Shown here one piece after another: positions 18,386 to 29,010 of a DNA stretch of 64,000 nt. The notes beneath the pieces were generated by a model. It searched no databases. It saw only the letters and a program-made list of their open reading frames with translations, and had not been told where the DNA came from. The stretch lies in assembly GCA_965208905.1 (NCBI GenBank), contig OZ242365.1, positions 160,001 through 224,000 of the forward strand, in the 5' to 3' direction. Positions within the stretch are counted from its first letter, which is position 1. The number at the start of each line of letters is the position of its first letter. The stretch comes from Nitrosopumilaceae archaeon (GTDB lineage: Archaea; Thermoproteota; Nitrososphaeria; Nitrososphaerales; Nitrosopumilaceae). The translations under genes were made by a program, and so were the position numbers.

Positions 18386-20692
18386 ATGGCAATAGATGCC
18401 AAAGCATGGGATCCGAATATTGAAAAAGAGATTCTCCAGCGATGGAAGAGTGATGCAGATTACACGCCCGAGGCTGACTCTTACTTTACCATAGATACGC
18501 CCCCGCCATACCCATCAGGAAGACCCTGGCATATAGGGGCTGCTGCGCACTATGCGCAGATTGACATGATAGCCCGTACCGCCCGAATGAGTGGTAATGC
18601 AGTGTATTTTCCCATAGGTATCGACAGAAATGGACTGCCTGTAGAGATTTACACTGAAAAGAAGCTAAAGATTCGCATGAGGGACACTCCACGAGAGAAG
18701 TTTCTTGAGATGTGTAGAGAGTCACTAGATGAGTTAGAGGGCGAGATGGTCCAAATAATGGAGAGTCTTGGTCTAAGTGGCGATATAAAGAACAGATACA
18801 AGACTGACACTCCAGAGTACAGGGCCCTGACACAGGCCACGTTTATAGAACTATGGAATAAGGGGCGCATATATCAGGCTACCCGCCCAAATAATTACGA
18901 CTGGGCTTCTGGTACCACCATAGCTGATGCAGAAATCACATATCAGGACATACCAACAAAGTTAGTCTCCATGAAGTTTGCCGTTGAGGATACAGATATC
19001 ATAATTGCCAGTACAAGGCCCGAGTTGTTGTGCGCCTGCCAAGTCATCATAGTCAATCCAGAGGATACTCGATATAAGAGATACATAGGAAGAAAGGCCA
19101 AGGTTCCCATCTTTGGTCATGAGGTGGAGATTAAGGCTCATCCGTCGGCAAAGATAGAGTTTGGGTCGGGTGCAGTTATGGTGTGTAGTTATGGTGATCA
19201 AAACGATGTAATGTTGTTCCGAGAGATGAACTTGACCGAGATCATATCCATAGGGACCGATGGGCGCATGACCAAAGCCGCGGGAGCATATGCAGGATTG
19301 CGCCCAAAGCAGGCGCGCGCCGCCATAATACAAGACATGAAAGATGAGAACATAATAAAAGATATTCAAGATATAGTACATCGTACACCACTCTCAGAAC
19401 GCAGTAAGACTCCCATAGAGATAATCCCCATGGATGAGTACTACATGAGACAGAAAGACTCCATAGAGAGACTTCGCATGTTAGGGGACGAGATACAGTT
19501 TCATCCGCCGATGCACCATCAAATACTGATAAATTGGCTGAATTCAATAAATATAGACTGGCCCATATCCCGGCGAAGATATTATGGTACCGAAGTTCCC
19601 ATATGGCATTGTAGTAAGTGTAACCATCCATATCTTCCGCCACCAGGCAAGTACTATCAGCCTTGGCGGCAGAAGTGTCCTGCCAAATATTGCATAAAAT
19701 GTAAAAATAGTGAGTTCATTGGTGAGAGTCGCACATTTGATACATGGATGGACTCTAGTGTATCGCCCCTCTTCATATCCAAGTATTATGATAAAGATGA
19801 TACATTCTTCAAAAAGGCGTATCCAGCAGCCATTAGGCCTCAATCAAAGGATATAGTCAGAACCTGGTTATACTACACACTGTTAAGGTGTGATGCGCTG
19901 ACCGGTGAGAAGCCATGGTCAGATGCATGGATTATGGGTTATGGTGTAGATGAGAGAGGTTTGAAGATGAGTAAGAGTAAGGGCAATGCTATTGATCCAC
20001 TACCTGTGATCCAAAAATATGGTGCAGATGCCTTCAGACTGTGGAGCGCCAGTGAGGTAAACCACGGATATGACTTTCGATGTAACGAGCAAAAGATACA
20101 GTCCACAAAAAAATTCCTAAGTAAATTATGGAATATTTCTAGATTTTTATCCGAATTTCCTATTGTGTCATCAGCAAGTCTGGAAGAGACAGATAGATGG
20201 ATAATACAAGAATCGGATGACTTGATAAAAAAATGCATGAAAGGCTACAAAGAATATAACTTCTTTATGCCGGCCATAGCTGTGCGCGAATTTACCTGGA
20301 ATGTATTTGCAGCGCATTATATAGAGATGGTAAAACGGCGAGCACGTGGAGAGGGATTTACTACACAACAGAGGGATGCTGCTCGATACACACTACATTA
20401 TGTGTTGCGTGTAGTACTAAAGTTACTAGCACCCATTATACCATTTATTACAGAATATATCTGGGGGGCAATATATTCAGAGAGTAGTATACATAAAGAG
20501 AGTCATCCTGAGCCATTAAACCACATGTATGATACAGCAGATACGGTAGATATTATATCATTTAATTCGCAGGTCTGGAACGAGAAAAAATCTAAAAATC
20601 TCTCCTTAAAGGACGATATAAGTATCGATATACCATCAAATCTTCAAGGCATGGAGTTGGACTTGAGGGCCATGCACAATATTATTTTGTAG
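18386..20692 (+). CDS. valS: Valine--tRNA ligase
   Basis: FTIDTPPPYPSG..HIG, DWPISRRRYYG, DTWMDSS, KMSKS. Confidence 0.95.
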   Translation: MAIDAKAWDPNIEKEILQRWKSDADYTPEADSYFTIDTPPPYPSGRPWHIGAAAHYAQIDMIARTARMSGNAVYFPIGIDRNGLPVEIYTEKKLKIRMRDTPREKFLEMCRESLDELEGEMVQIMESLGLSGDIKNRYKTDTPEYRALTQATFIELWNKGRIYQATRPNNYDWASGTTIADAEITYQDIPTKLVSMKFAVEDTDIIIASTRPELLCACQVIIVNPEDTRYKRYIGRKAKVPIFGHEVEIKAHPSAKIEFGSGAVMVCSYGDQNDVMLFREMNLTEIISIGTDGRMTKAAGAYAGLRPKQARAAIIQDMKDENIIKDIQDIVHRTPLSERSKTPIEIIPMDEYYMRQKDSIERLRMLGDEIQFHPPMHHQILINWLNSINIDWPISRRRYYGTEVPIWHCSKCNHPYLPPPGKYYQPWRQKCPAKYCIKCKNSEFIGESRTFDTWMDSSVSPLFISKYYDKDDTFFKKAYPAAIRPQSKDIVRTWLYYTLLRCDALTGEKPWSDAWIMGYGVDERGLKMSKSKGNAIDPLPVIQKYGADAFRLWSASEVNHGYDFRCNEQKIQSTKKFLSKLWNISRFLSEFPIVSSASLEETDRWIIQESDDLIKKCMKGYKEYNFFMPAIAVREFTWNVFAAHYIEMVKRRARGEGFTTQQRDAARYTLHYVLRVVLKLLAPIIPFITEYIWGAIYSESSIHKESHPEPLNHMYDTADTVDIISFNSQVWNEKKSKNLSLKDDISIDIPSNLQGMELDLRAMHNIIL

Positions 20693-21290
20693 CCATTCGT
20701 ATCAGATATTCGTGAAGTTCCGTACTCCCGGATAGTTCAGGATGAAATGATGTTCCAATTATGTTGTCTCGTCTTACGGCAACAATTCGATTATCATATA
20801 CGGATATTACATCTATATCCGGACTGACCGCAGTTATCGATGGTGCGCGAATAAAGACGCCAGGAAAGTCTGCGATTCCCAAAGGTTCCAAAGAGAGTGT
20901 GGTCTCAAAAGAGTCGCGTTGGCGTCCAAAGGAGTTTCGCTCCAGTTTTATATCCAAAACTTTGAGTAATGGTTGGCCGGTACCGCCCAGCATTCTATCT
21001 GTGACATCACCCGCCAACAATATCAAACCCGCACATACTCCCAAAGTTGGCATACCGCCGCGTATACGCTCGCCCAAAGTTGCCAGTGTATCGCCGGCTA
21101 GTGTCAACAGTCCTATTGTAGTGCTCTCGCCGCCAGGTATTATCATAACATCAACATCAGATATTGCCGATGGCGTCTTTACTGGGATTACATCACCAGA
21201 GATGTTCATCTCGTTTAATGCTTCATGTGAGGCGACCACATTCTCGTATACATCACCTTGTACAGATAGTACTCCCACTGTAACGCTCAT
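20682..21290 (-). CDS. pdxT: PLP synthase glutaminase subunit
   Basis: PGGESTT, GVCAGLI, RNSFGRQ, FIRAP, FHPEL. Confidence 0.96.
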   Translation of the reverse strand: MSVTVGVLSVQGDVYENVVASHEALNEMNISGDVIPVKTPSAISDVDVMIIPGGESTTIGLLTLAGDTLATLGERIRGGMPTLGVCAGLILLAGDVTDRMLGGTGQPLLKVLDIKLERNSFGRQRDSFETTLSLEPLGIADFPGVFIRAPSITAVSPDIDVISVYDNRIVAVRRDNIIGTSFHPELSGSTELHEYLIRMATK

Positions 21291-22243
21291 GCGTCGGCTC
21301 CCCTCTCTTGCATGCGCAGATCAAGTTTTGTGGTGTCAAGGCCCAGCATAGATTGTTGCTCGTCTATCATCTCTTGCGCCTCACGTACCTTTGCGGGTCT
21401 ATCCCAAAATGTTGTTGCCAAAACCACGGCGCGGGCCCGGTTCTTGGCATCATCGGACTTGAATATTCCAGATCCGACAAATATACCATCACAGCCCAGT
21501 GACATCAAGTATGCAGCATCAGCAGGTGTGGCAACTCCACCGGCAGCAAAGTTTACCACGGGTAGTCTGCCTAGGCGAGCCGTCTGGTATAAAATATCAT
21601 AAGATACACGAAAGTCTCGGGCCAGTCGCATCAAGTCTTGTTTGTCCCCCGAGTCAAGTATTGACTTTGCGCGGCGTATCTCATCATTGACTCTTTTGAT
21701 GTGAGTGATCGCTTCGGCCACATTGCCGGTTCCGGGCTCTCCTTTCGTGCGAATCATGGCAGCACCTTCCTCTATGCGTCGCAAGGCTTCGGCGAGGGAT
21801 CTGGCACCGTTAACGAACGGTGTGGTATAGTCCCATTTCCATATGTGATGGGATTCATCAGCGGGTGTCAGCACTTCAGACTCATCAATCATGTCCACAT
21901 TTATCTCAGATAGAACCCTGGCTTCATATACGTGTCCAATTCTACACTTTGCCATTACAGGTATGGTTACAGAGTCCATAATGTCACGAATCACACTGGC
22001 ACTGGCAGACCTGGCAACACCCCCGGCAGCGCGCACATCAGATGGTAGCTTGTCCAGCACCATCACTGAGACGGCACCCGCTTCTTCGGCAATATTGGCC
22101 TGTTCTATGGTGGTCACATCCATGACAACACCATTCTTTAGCATGTGGGCGAATCCCCGCTTTACTTTGGCGGTACCTCGGACGCTGTCTTTGTCATGTA
22201 GAACCCCTGAAGCATCATCTCGATCTCCGGCCAGTGATATCAT
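21287..22243 (-). CDS. pdxS: PLP synthase lyase subunit
   Basis: [39 protein letters not shown]. Confidence 0.97.
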   Translation of the reverse strand: MISLAGDRDDASGVLHDKDSVRGTAKVKRGFAHMLKNGVVMDVTTIEQANIAEEAGAVSVMVLDKLPSDVRAAGGVARSASASVIRDIMDSVTIPVMAKCRIGHVYEARVLSEINVDMIDESEVLTPADESHHIWKWDYTTPFVNGARSLAEALRRIEEGAAMIRTKGEPGTGNVAEAITHIKRVNDEIRRAKSILDSGDKQDLMRLARDFRVSYDILYQTARLGRLPVVNFAAGGVATPADAAYLMSLGCDGIFVGSGIFKSDDAKNRARAVVLATTFWDRPAKVREAQEMIDEQQSMLGLDTTKLDLRMQERGADA

Positions 22244-22269
22244 AGTAGTAGTAAGTATACTGTATATTT

Positions 22270-22821
22270 TTAGTTATCACGTGTTTGTGTCAAGAGGTCA
22301 TAGAGTTTAGTTTCAACCTGAGTGATTAATGGCGGGATAAATGCATCTGTAACGTTCTGTTCCGGCCAGAATATCTGTGTACTGGCCCCATTGAGTGTTA
22401 TCTTGACAGCGTGTCTTCTATATTCGGTTATACCATCTTTAACAGGAAATGTATCCTCAGGGATTGCCATAAAGCCCGTCTCTTTTATGAGAGCAAGTAT
22501 TCGCATGACTTCATCTTGAGATATCTGATTACGTATTACAGGGCTGGGATAACCATCCTCTGTAATTAAGAGTCGAACATCACCATCCTCTCGTATTGTA
22601 AGTATCTGAGAGATATCCGCCCCTAGCCTCTCAGTTACACCAAATGAGACGACTCTGAGGTCATGTACCGAATACTCTATCTCTATAGAGTCGTTGGGGA
22701 CGGCTGCGGAGAAGGGAATATCTTGCTGTGTTAGAAGTGGTATGCTTATCAGAATTGCTATTAGTGCGGGAATGGCTCCCAGTATAATGATGGTGGGCTT
22801 CATCGTATATGCCACCCACAA
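22270..22821 (-). CDS. Membrane-anchored hypothetical protein
   Basis: N-terminal TM helix plus soluble domain; start probably at MKPTII. Confidence 0.7.
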   Translation of the reverse strand: MWVAYTMKPTIIILGAIPALIAILISIPLLTQQDIPFSAAVPNDSIEIEYSVHDLRVVSFGVTERLGADISQILTIREDGDVRLLITEDGYPSPVIRNQISQDEVMRILALIKETGFMAIPEDTFPVKDGITEYRRHAVKITLNGASTQIFWPEQNVTDAFIPPLITQVETKLYDLLTQTRDN

Positions 22822-23460
22822 AGACCCATCATAATTTACACACCGCCTCTAGACATGGAAAGCCCGGTATTGCGTGTAGTCCTCCTGAAATCAGCACTTG
22901 ATGCCATCCGTATGGTATTAGTATAATTTGTTAAACTGAGGGCCGTATCATATTGTGTCAACTTGAGTGCATAACTATACAGTATAGACTCGTATATTTT
23001 GGTAGGGACATCATACTGTATAATAGTATCTGTGATGGCCAAAGATATCTTGGTGTATAGTCTACACATGATACTGTTCATCATCAAATTGACTACCACA
23101 CGACATGCAAAAAAGTCTTCGGTGTGGTTTATTGGCTCGAATATATGATGAATATATCAAGAACTTGTTCTCACTTTTTTTCTTCAAGAACGAGCCTCCC
23201 TAAAAATACGGGACGTATTACTCGGTTCTGGGTAATCTACGTGATGTGAATTTTGGTGGAAAGCAAGTGACGTGAGAAAAAATGTGGGATTAGGCCGCCG
23301 ACTTTGCGGCAGCCTAAACCCCCTTTTCATTTTAATCCTTGAGAAGAGCCGCTTCTGCGTCCATGTCCCTGATTTAACACTAGATCCTATGTCCCGTCAA
23401 CTTGACAGAACCTTCCAAAACTAAAAGTTAAATAGCAGACAATGTCAATCTGTAAAAGAT

Positions 23461-23793
23461 ATGAATACTAAAGTAATCCTATCGGTAGCTATAATGACAG
23501 TCTTTATGTTGGGTTACTATGGAGCTAGCTCTGTAGCATTTGCTCAATATATGGGAAACATAGGTTCACAAGGTGAAACAGGTCAAAACACATTAGAGGA
23601 GACTCTCTTGTTGGCCCAAAGAAGAATTGAAGCCGCCGAGTCTAATCCCTCCAGTGGTTCAGGAACACCATATCTTGATGCTGGTGGCGTAGTTGGAGCA
23701 TCAATCATTGCAGGAGCCGTATTTGGTGGTATTGCCGCCGCCTTCTTCGTAAGGGCGCGCTCTGGCAAGTATGCTGCAATGGGACGAGGTTAA
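23461..23793 (+). CDS. Small secreted/membrane hypothetical protein
   Basis: Signal peptide, C-terminal TM helix and basic tail. Confidence 0.75.
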   Translation: MNTKVILSVAIMTVFMLGYYGASSVAFAQYMGNIGSQGETGQNTLEETLLLAQRRIEAAESNPSSGSGTPYLDAGGVVGASIIAGAVFGGIAAAFFVRARSGKYAAMGRG

Positions 23794-24003
23794 ACTTCTT
23801 TTTCTATATTTTATTGATTCTGTCGCGGTCTCGGCTGTGGGGACCGCGAGTAGATTACAATGTTGTAACATGTAATTCCAATCTACATTAGATACATCTG
23901 TAACAATATACAGCTTGGCGATAATCATACCGCACAAAATCCACAGTCATATGTTTGATGATTGCACCACATGCTTTAAACATCGAGGAGCGTATGTTTC
24001 ATC

Positions 24004-24390
24004 ATGTTAAGCCACATGCTGGAGAACAAACCTGCACTCTTCTCTGTCACGGCAGGTGTGGTGATAGCAATTCTGGCCGTTCCGGTGATCATCCCACATG
24101 TACTACACGGGTATCATATGGCGCATATTGCGCTACACATAGTAGGTCTGACGCTTGCATTATTCCTTACAGTTCTGTCGGTAGCATCATATCGACGGAC
24201 CAGAAGTAGAAGACTCATGATAAGCACTCTGGCGTTTGCATGTTTTGCTGCCTCGGAGGTGGCGCTGTTGATCTATGCAGTATGGCCATTCCTGGACAGT
24301 ATAGGAATACTTCCCATAGAAGAGCTGGGCCACCTACTGGCATTCTCTGCGCTGGGACTACTTGCTATTGCGGTGTTTCGAAATGACTGA
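24004..24390 (+). CDS. Four-TM membrane protein
   Basis: Four hydrophobic segments, His-rich loop, overlaps the HTH gene. Confidence 0.75.
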   Translation: MLSHMLENKPALFSVTAGVVIAILAVPVIIPHVLHGYHMAHIALHIVGLTLALFLTVLSVASYRRTRSRRLMISTLAFACFAASEVALLIYAVWPFLDSIGILPIEELGHLLAFSALGLLAIAVFRND

Positions 24391-24883
24391 CAAGCGGAAC
24401 CACATACTTGAGATAATAGAGAAGAGTCCGGGTATTCGGTTCCGAGAGATAATGCGCATATCTGGTTTGAAGAACGGTGTATTGAGCCACCATCTCAGAC
24501 ACATGGAGGACAGAGGCAGGATTCGGGTATCCCGTGGTCCAGGAAAGGTGCATTATTCTTCGCTGAACATAACTGAAGAGCAGTTCAAGGTGGCAAGAGC
24601 ACTTCAGAGATCCACCACCCGTGCCATACTACTAGCCCTAACAGCAGATGATAACCTTCGGTTTACAGAGATAGTTGAACGGTGCAAAAAATCTCCCTCG
24701 ACTATATCGATATATCTTACAGATATGATAAAGGAGGGGGTGGTAAAAGTCAAGATAGTAGATGCAAAGAAGGTATACTATACAAACTACCGTAGTGAAG
24801 TAAACTTCCTTGTGGATATACAAAAGCCATCCCACATTGACCGGCCTGTGTCCGGATTTGAGGACATTATAAACTCACTATAG
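24383..24883 (+). CDS. Double winged-helix transcriptional regulator (ArsR-like)
   Basis: PGIRFREIMRISGLKNGVLSHHL and a second HTH RFTEIVERCKKSPSTISIYL. Confidence 0.85.
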   Translation: MTDKRNHILEIIEKSPGIRFREIMRISGLKNGVLSHHLRHMEDRGRIRVSRGPGKVHYSSLNITEEQFKVARALQRSTTRAILLALTADDNLRFTEIVERCKKSPSTISIYLTDMIKEGVVKVKIVDAKKVYYTNYRSEVNFLVDIQKPSHIDRPVSGFEDIINSL

Positions 24884-24959
24884 CTACGCTTCGGTCAGGC
24901 CAGATTACATGATATATCATACAAGATAATCTGTCAACCAACCGTACTTCATAGTTCAC

Positions 24960-26184
24960 AACTCTGTGTCATAATTCTATTCGCATGTAAATCGGACTCT
25001 GCTCATGTAGAGTTACACGTTACACTTCGACTCCCGGGCTAACGATTCATCCCGCCATCTGTTGTATAGAGATACCTTGAGCTGTATCTCATGTACGATA
25101 TTCTCCCATTTGAGGGCGAGAACATGTTCACCAAACACGCGTTTAAATATAGAAAATACACCCTCCACAACCCATCTCCTGCGGTATCCAATCTTGGCCT
25201 TCCAGTACACCTGATTCTCCCTCTTCTCTTCTTGGCTTAACAGATCTAGCCGTGTAGCCTTGGTACTGCCTCCCAGTTGGTCCCTTACAGATATGCCCCA
25301 TGCAGCGCCAGACCCCCTACTGCGCGGCGTAACATTGATCGTGTGCAGTATGCCTGGAACTACCCCTGCACGCGCACATGCAGCAATGTTGGCCCTTGAG
25401 CCGTACGCGGCATCTCCATATATGATAGTGGGCATCTCTGAACCATCATCTGAACAGTCCGATGTGGTATCTGCAAGAGGTGGCATGCCCGATACGAGTA
25501 GATTTTTGTATCTGGGCATATCAGATGAGATTTCTTGCTCTCCAGACTGGTACGACATCTCAGATGCGCAGTCTGCATCAACACTCTGTCCTAACAGTGA
25601 TTGGAATTTAGTAATATCGCCTACTGACTCGTCTGTAATGGATATGGCGGTTATCTTCATGGTCTGCGTGTCAACCATCGCGTGCATCTTTACAAAACCA
25701 CGTTTTACCTTCCACTTTTTGCTCATCCACTCTCCCCTATTGTGTTGCTTGAGCCCTGTTGCATCGACTGCCAGTATACGAGAATGTTTTTTGTTTGACA
25801 CTGTTATCATTTCATTCTGATTTATATTCACATCAAGCATGCCTATCCGCTTGCGTATATGGCTAAAGGAAGGTGTGTTGGATTCTCCAATCATCTTTCC
25901 GATTATGCCCTCAAGTTGCCTGTACCGGACTCCAATCCCGACCCTGAGGGCAGCGGTTAGCATAATCAATGTCTCCGAATATTGGTACGGAGCACCCACC
26001 TTTCCCTTGTTGGCATGGTTGACCTCACGCTTCCACTCGGGGTTATACTCTATGAACATGTCTGCCCCACGCTTGACGTACTTTTCGTTGTCAGTTTTTA
26101 CCATAAAATAGATGGCTTAATGATGGGAGCTATATGTGTTTTGATCAATGTGGCGGTATTCAAGAATAGTTATGACACAAAGTT
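24960..26184 (-). mobile_element. Complete IS5-family insertion sequence, 1225 bp (probably ISH1-like subgroup)
   Basis: TIRs aactctgtgtcataa (24960-) and ttatgacacaaagtt (-26184), 1 mismatch in 15; perfect 8-bp TSD TAGTTCAC at 24952-24959 and 26185-26192. Confidence 0.93.
25013..26104 (-). CDS. IS5-family DDE transposase
   Basis: LAVDATGLK...GEW, YGDAAYGS, GYRRRWVVEGVFSIFKR (DDE triad). Confidence 0.93.
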   Translation of the reverse strand: MVKTDNEKYVKRGADMFIEYNPEWKREVNHANKGKVGAPYQYSETLIMLTAALRVGIGVRYRQLEGIIGKMIGESNTPSFSHIRKRIGMLDVNINQNEMITVSNKKHSRILAVDATGLKQHNRGEWMSKKWKVKRGFVKMHAMVDTQTMKITAISITDESVGDITKFQSLLGQSVDADCASEMSYQSGEQEISSDMPRYKNLLVSGMPPLADTTSDCSDDGSEMPTIIYGDAAYGSRANIAACARAGVVPGILHTINVTPRSRGSGAAWGISVRDQLGGSTKATRLDLLSQEEKRENQVYWKAKIGYRRRWVVEGVFSIFKRVFGEHVLALKWENIVHEIQLKVSLYNRWRDESLARESKCNV

Positions 26185-26343
26185 TAGTTCACCATCATCC
26201 TATATAGGAGATGTACTATGACAACGAATCAACACTCGTGACGGCTCCAGTGTGGAATACCAGAAAAATGCGTGGACAGCACCGGTTAGCGCCACTCTTG
26301 TATATAATTTCCTAAAAATAAAAGTGATAAAAATATGTGCTGA

Positions 26344-27465
26344 CTAATGCATGTGGTCGGAGTCATCATGATCTGAGACCTCGACGGTAACACTAGTCTC
26401 TATGGGTTCGCCATCCCAGTGGTATGGACTGTGGTCATAGGCAAACAAGCTTACTGTAATGGTGTGTGCTCCCGGTTCCAGTGCGGGTATTTGAATCCAG
26501 TCTCCGTAGAGGCGATTGTGATATTCACCATCAATGCTTACCACAACATACCCTTCACCAGGTACATGCTCGCCGTCAACGCCCTCACCAGATATGACAA
26601 AGTCGGTCACCTCCACCTCTAAGTTGTAGCCACTCTTAGCATCAACATGGGCAGTAGCATCAATGGACATTAGGGCGGTTCCGTCCACCGGGACAGGTTC
26701 ATGTTCATGATCGTCTTCGTCCACTATCACTGTAGCCACGGCTTCCACAGGGAATCCGTTGACATACATATCATCGTGGCTGTTTGCATTAAGTGTCACT
26801 CGGATGTGGTGGCTACCTGCCTCCAACCCCGGAATATGATAGTATGGAGTATACGCACGGGTCTTTACACCATCTACGTATATGTGAGCGTGTCCTTCAC
26901 CAGGGACATGATCTTCGTTTACGTTCTCCGGAGCCCATCTCCAGCCTTCTGTCAGTATGTGTATGTTGATGCCGCTGCCGTCCTCTATGGCAACATCTAT
27001 GCCAATAGCTAGTGGCTCTGAGGCCTCCATTGTAGCGTGCATGTGACCGTCTGAGTCTTCATCGTGTGTATGTTCTTCATCCGACACCACAGTAATAGAG
27101 CCCGCCATCCATGGACTATCCACAATATGGAAGTTTATCTCGCCAGCCTCATTGAAGATGCGAGAGTATGTCTGTCCTGGAGCCAGGTCTAGTAGTCCAA
27201 AGTCATCTCCAGCATGATGATCTCCAGACTCGCCGCTTGTAAGTGTGATAGTCTCACTACCGTCGTTGGCCCAAATTATCTCACCGCCAACATCCAGTGT
27301 GGCAGCAGATAAGCTGACGCAGGTGACAGAGTATGCGCATTCATCCTCCGTACCCGACACCAAACTTATGGTTATCTGAACATGATCTGAGTACGATGGC
27401 GCAGCTGCAACTGCTAGCAGTACTGCCAGTACAGTAGCCGATATAACCTTTATTCTCATTAGCAT
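26344..27465 (-). CDS. Secreted His-rich protein: degenerate cupredoxin domain plus two repeated beta domains
   Basis: Signal peptide; plastocyanin-like segment ending PWMAGSITV; two HVPGEG...LE.G.H.I.V.L repeats; His/Asp-rich linkers. Confidence 0.8.
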   Translation of the reverse strand: MLMRIKVISATVLAVLLAVAAAPSYSDHVQITISLVSGTEDECAYSVTCVSLSAATLDVGGEIIWANDGSETITLTSGESGDHHAGDDFGLLDLAPGQTYSRIFNEAGEINFHIVDSPWMAGSITVVSDEEHTHDEDSDGHMHATMEASEPLAIGIDVAIEDGSGINIHILTEGWRWAPENVNEDHVPGEGHAHIYVDGVKTRAYTPYYHIPGLEAGSHHIRVTLNANSHDDMYVNGFPVEAVATVIVDEDDHEHEPVPVDGTALMSIDATAHVDAKSGYNLEVEVTDFVISGEGVDGEHVPGEGYVVVSIDGEYHNRLYGDWIQIPALEPGAHTITVSLFAYDHSPYHWDGEPIETSVTVEVSDHDDSDHMH

Positions 27466-27533
27466 ATCATAGTATTATTAATTAATAATATCTGTGGTAC
27501 AAATAAGAAAGTTAAAAGTATCTTGATGTACAC

Positions 27534-29010
27534 TAGAGTCTATGCGTAATCGAATTATGAGGTATGATACCGTATACATAAATAGCACAAACCATACATC
27601 ATGTGTATGGGTATGATAGTACGCACCATCCATGTAACACATGACAACGGGCATCTTTTGGGTGGCTTGTTACATTATGTGGAGGTTGCATCCAACCATG
27701 CTGCGAAGGCATTACGCAGGGGTGTGCGTGGCAAGAAATTATATCATATTGTAGTTCACCGTACCGGCGTATACCACTCGCGCTTCGCCGACTATATAAT
27801 ACAAAACGTGCATGGAAACCACAAGGCATGGCGTACGAATCAGTTGACTGATATGCATGTACGTGCGCCGCACTATCACAACCCTGTGGCGCAGACAGAC
27901 AGGTTCGAGTTGGCATTTGATGATACATCAAAGCGGTGGAATGGCACACCATCAATATATGTACCCATATACGGCAGAGGCCGTCCAGATAAGCCATGGC
28001 TGGTCTTCCCGGTACCACCATATGTAGTGGATGAGCTCACCAAGCCTGGCAGAACGCCAAAGACTGTACTGCTAAGGGGCAATAAAATATACATTACATA
28101 CAAGGAAAGCATTCCGGATTGTGAGCCTGTATCCTGGGCCGGTGTGGACATGAATGCCAAAAACAACACCTATGCATTCGCCGATGGTACTGCAATTATG
28201 CGGCCCAACCGCAATGCACATGAATACAACAAGGCACACAGCAGGATGCTAAAGGTAAAGCGGCGTAGTGATAACCGCATCATGACAAAATATACAAACA
28301 AGGCATGGAGTGTATACAAAAATCGCATCCACAACGATATGTGTGTGGAAGCTCGGAAGATGGCCAATGCCGGATACGGTATAGGGCATGAAACGTTGGG
28401 CATACACCGCTTGTACACCAAAAACGGCAAAACATCACCATTTGTGCGTGGCAAAACAAAGTCCACACTGAATACGGGCCAAAGACAGAACGCCCTCAAA
28501 AACGCAGCCGAGTCCGAGGGCCTGCCGTGTATAGGCATCGAACCACGGAATACGTCCGCTAAATGTCTCAAGTGCGGCGGGAGTCTAGAATATATCGGTA
28601 CAAATACCGGTAAAATACCTACTCGCGGCATGTGGTGCCATACATGCCGTACAATTAGGGAACGGGATGCCAATGCGGGTGCCAACATACTATTTCGTAC
28701 CATACTGGCCCTGATGTGTAATACCACTATGTCATCAAACGCCACACTGTATCACATAACACGGTTGCTGAAAGAGGCGGCCGCTGACCGGGCAATCACA
28801 CATGGCCTGAACATTACACTTCTTAACATCATGCGGCTGTTAGAGGGCCGTAGTGCAGATGCTGAATGGCATCTGTCGGGGGCGCACAAACCGGAACGCC
28901 AGAATTCCGTCGGCGGTGAACCGATGGGCTGTACCGGGGTGGGTGATACCGGCCAGAGCGGGCCGGGACCGCCCAATGTTGCCAAGTTGTGCAATTACGC
29001 ATAAACTCTA
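27534..29010 (+). mobile_element. Non-autonomous TIR-bounded element carrying only tnpB
   Basis: TAGAGTCTATGCGTAAT (27534-27550) and ATTACGCATAAACTCTA (28994-29010) form an inverted pair, 16/17 match; no transposase inside. Confidence 0.75.
27601..29004 (+). CDS. tnpB: TnpB-family RuvC nuclease with C-terminal extension (start may be 27613)
   Basis: WAGVDMN (RuvC-I), GIGHETL (RuvC-II), NTSAKCLKC...CHTC Zn ribbon, ERDANAGANI (RuvC-III). Confidence 0.88.
   Translation: MCMGMIVRTIHVTHDNGHLLGGLLHYVEVASNHAAKALRRGVRGKKLYHIVVHRTGVYHSRFADYIIQNVHGNHKAWRTNQLTDMHVRAPHYHNPVAQTDRFELAFDDTSKRWNGTPSIYVPIYGRGRPDKPWLVFPVPPYVVDELTKPGRTPKTVLLRGNKIYITYKESIPDCEPVSWAGVDMNAKNNTYAFADGTAIMRPNRNAHEYNKAHSRMLKVKRRSDNRIMTKYTNKAWSVYKNRIHNDMCVEARKMANAGYGIGHETLGIHRLYTKNGKTSPFVRGKTKSTLNTGQRQNALKNAAESEGLPCIGIEPRNTSAKCLKCGGSLEYIGTNTGKIPTRGMWCHTCRTIRERDANAGANILFRTILALMCNTTMSSNATLYHITRLLKEAAADRAITHGLNITLLNIMRLLEGRSADAEWHLSGAHKPERQNSVGGEPMGCTGVGDTGQSGPGPPNVAKLCNYA

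Noticed and set aside
22836-23099. 87-aa ORF
   Set aside because: No recognisable motif or operon context; cannot be supported
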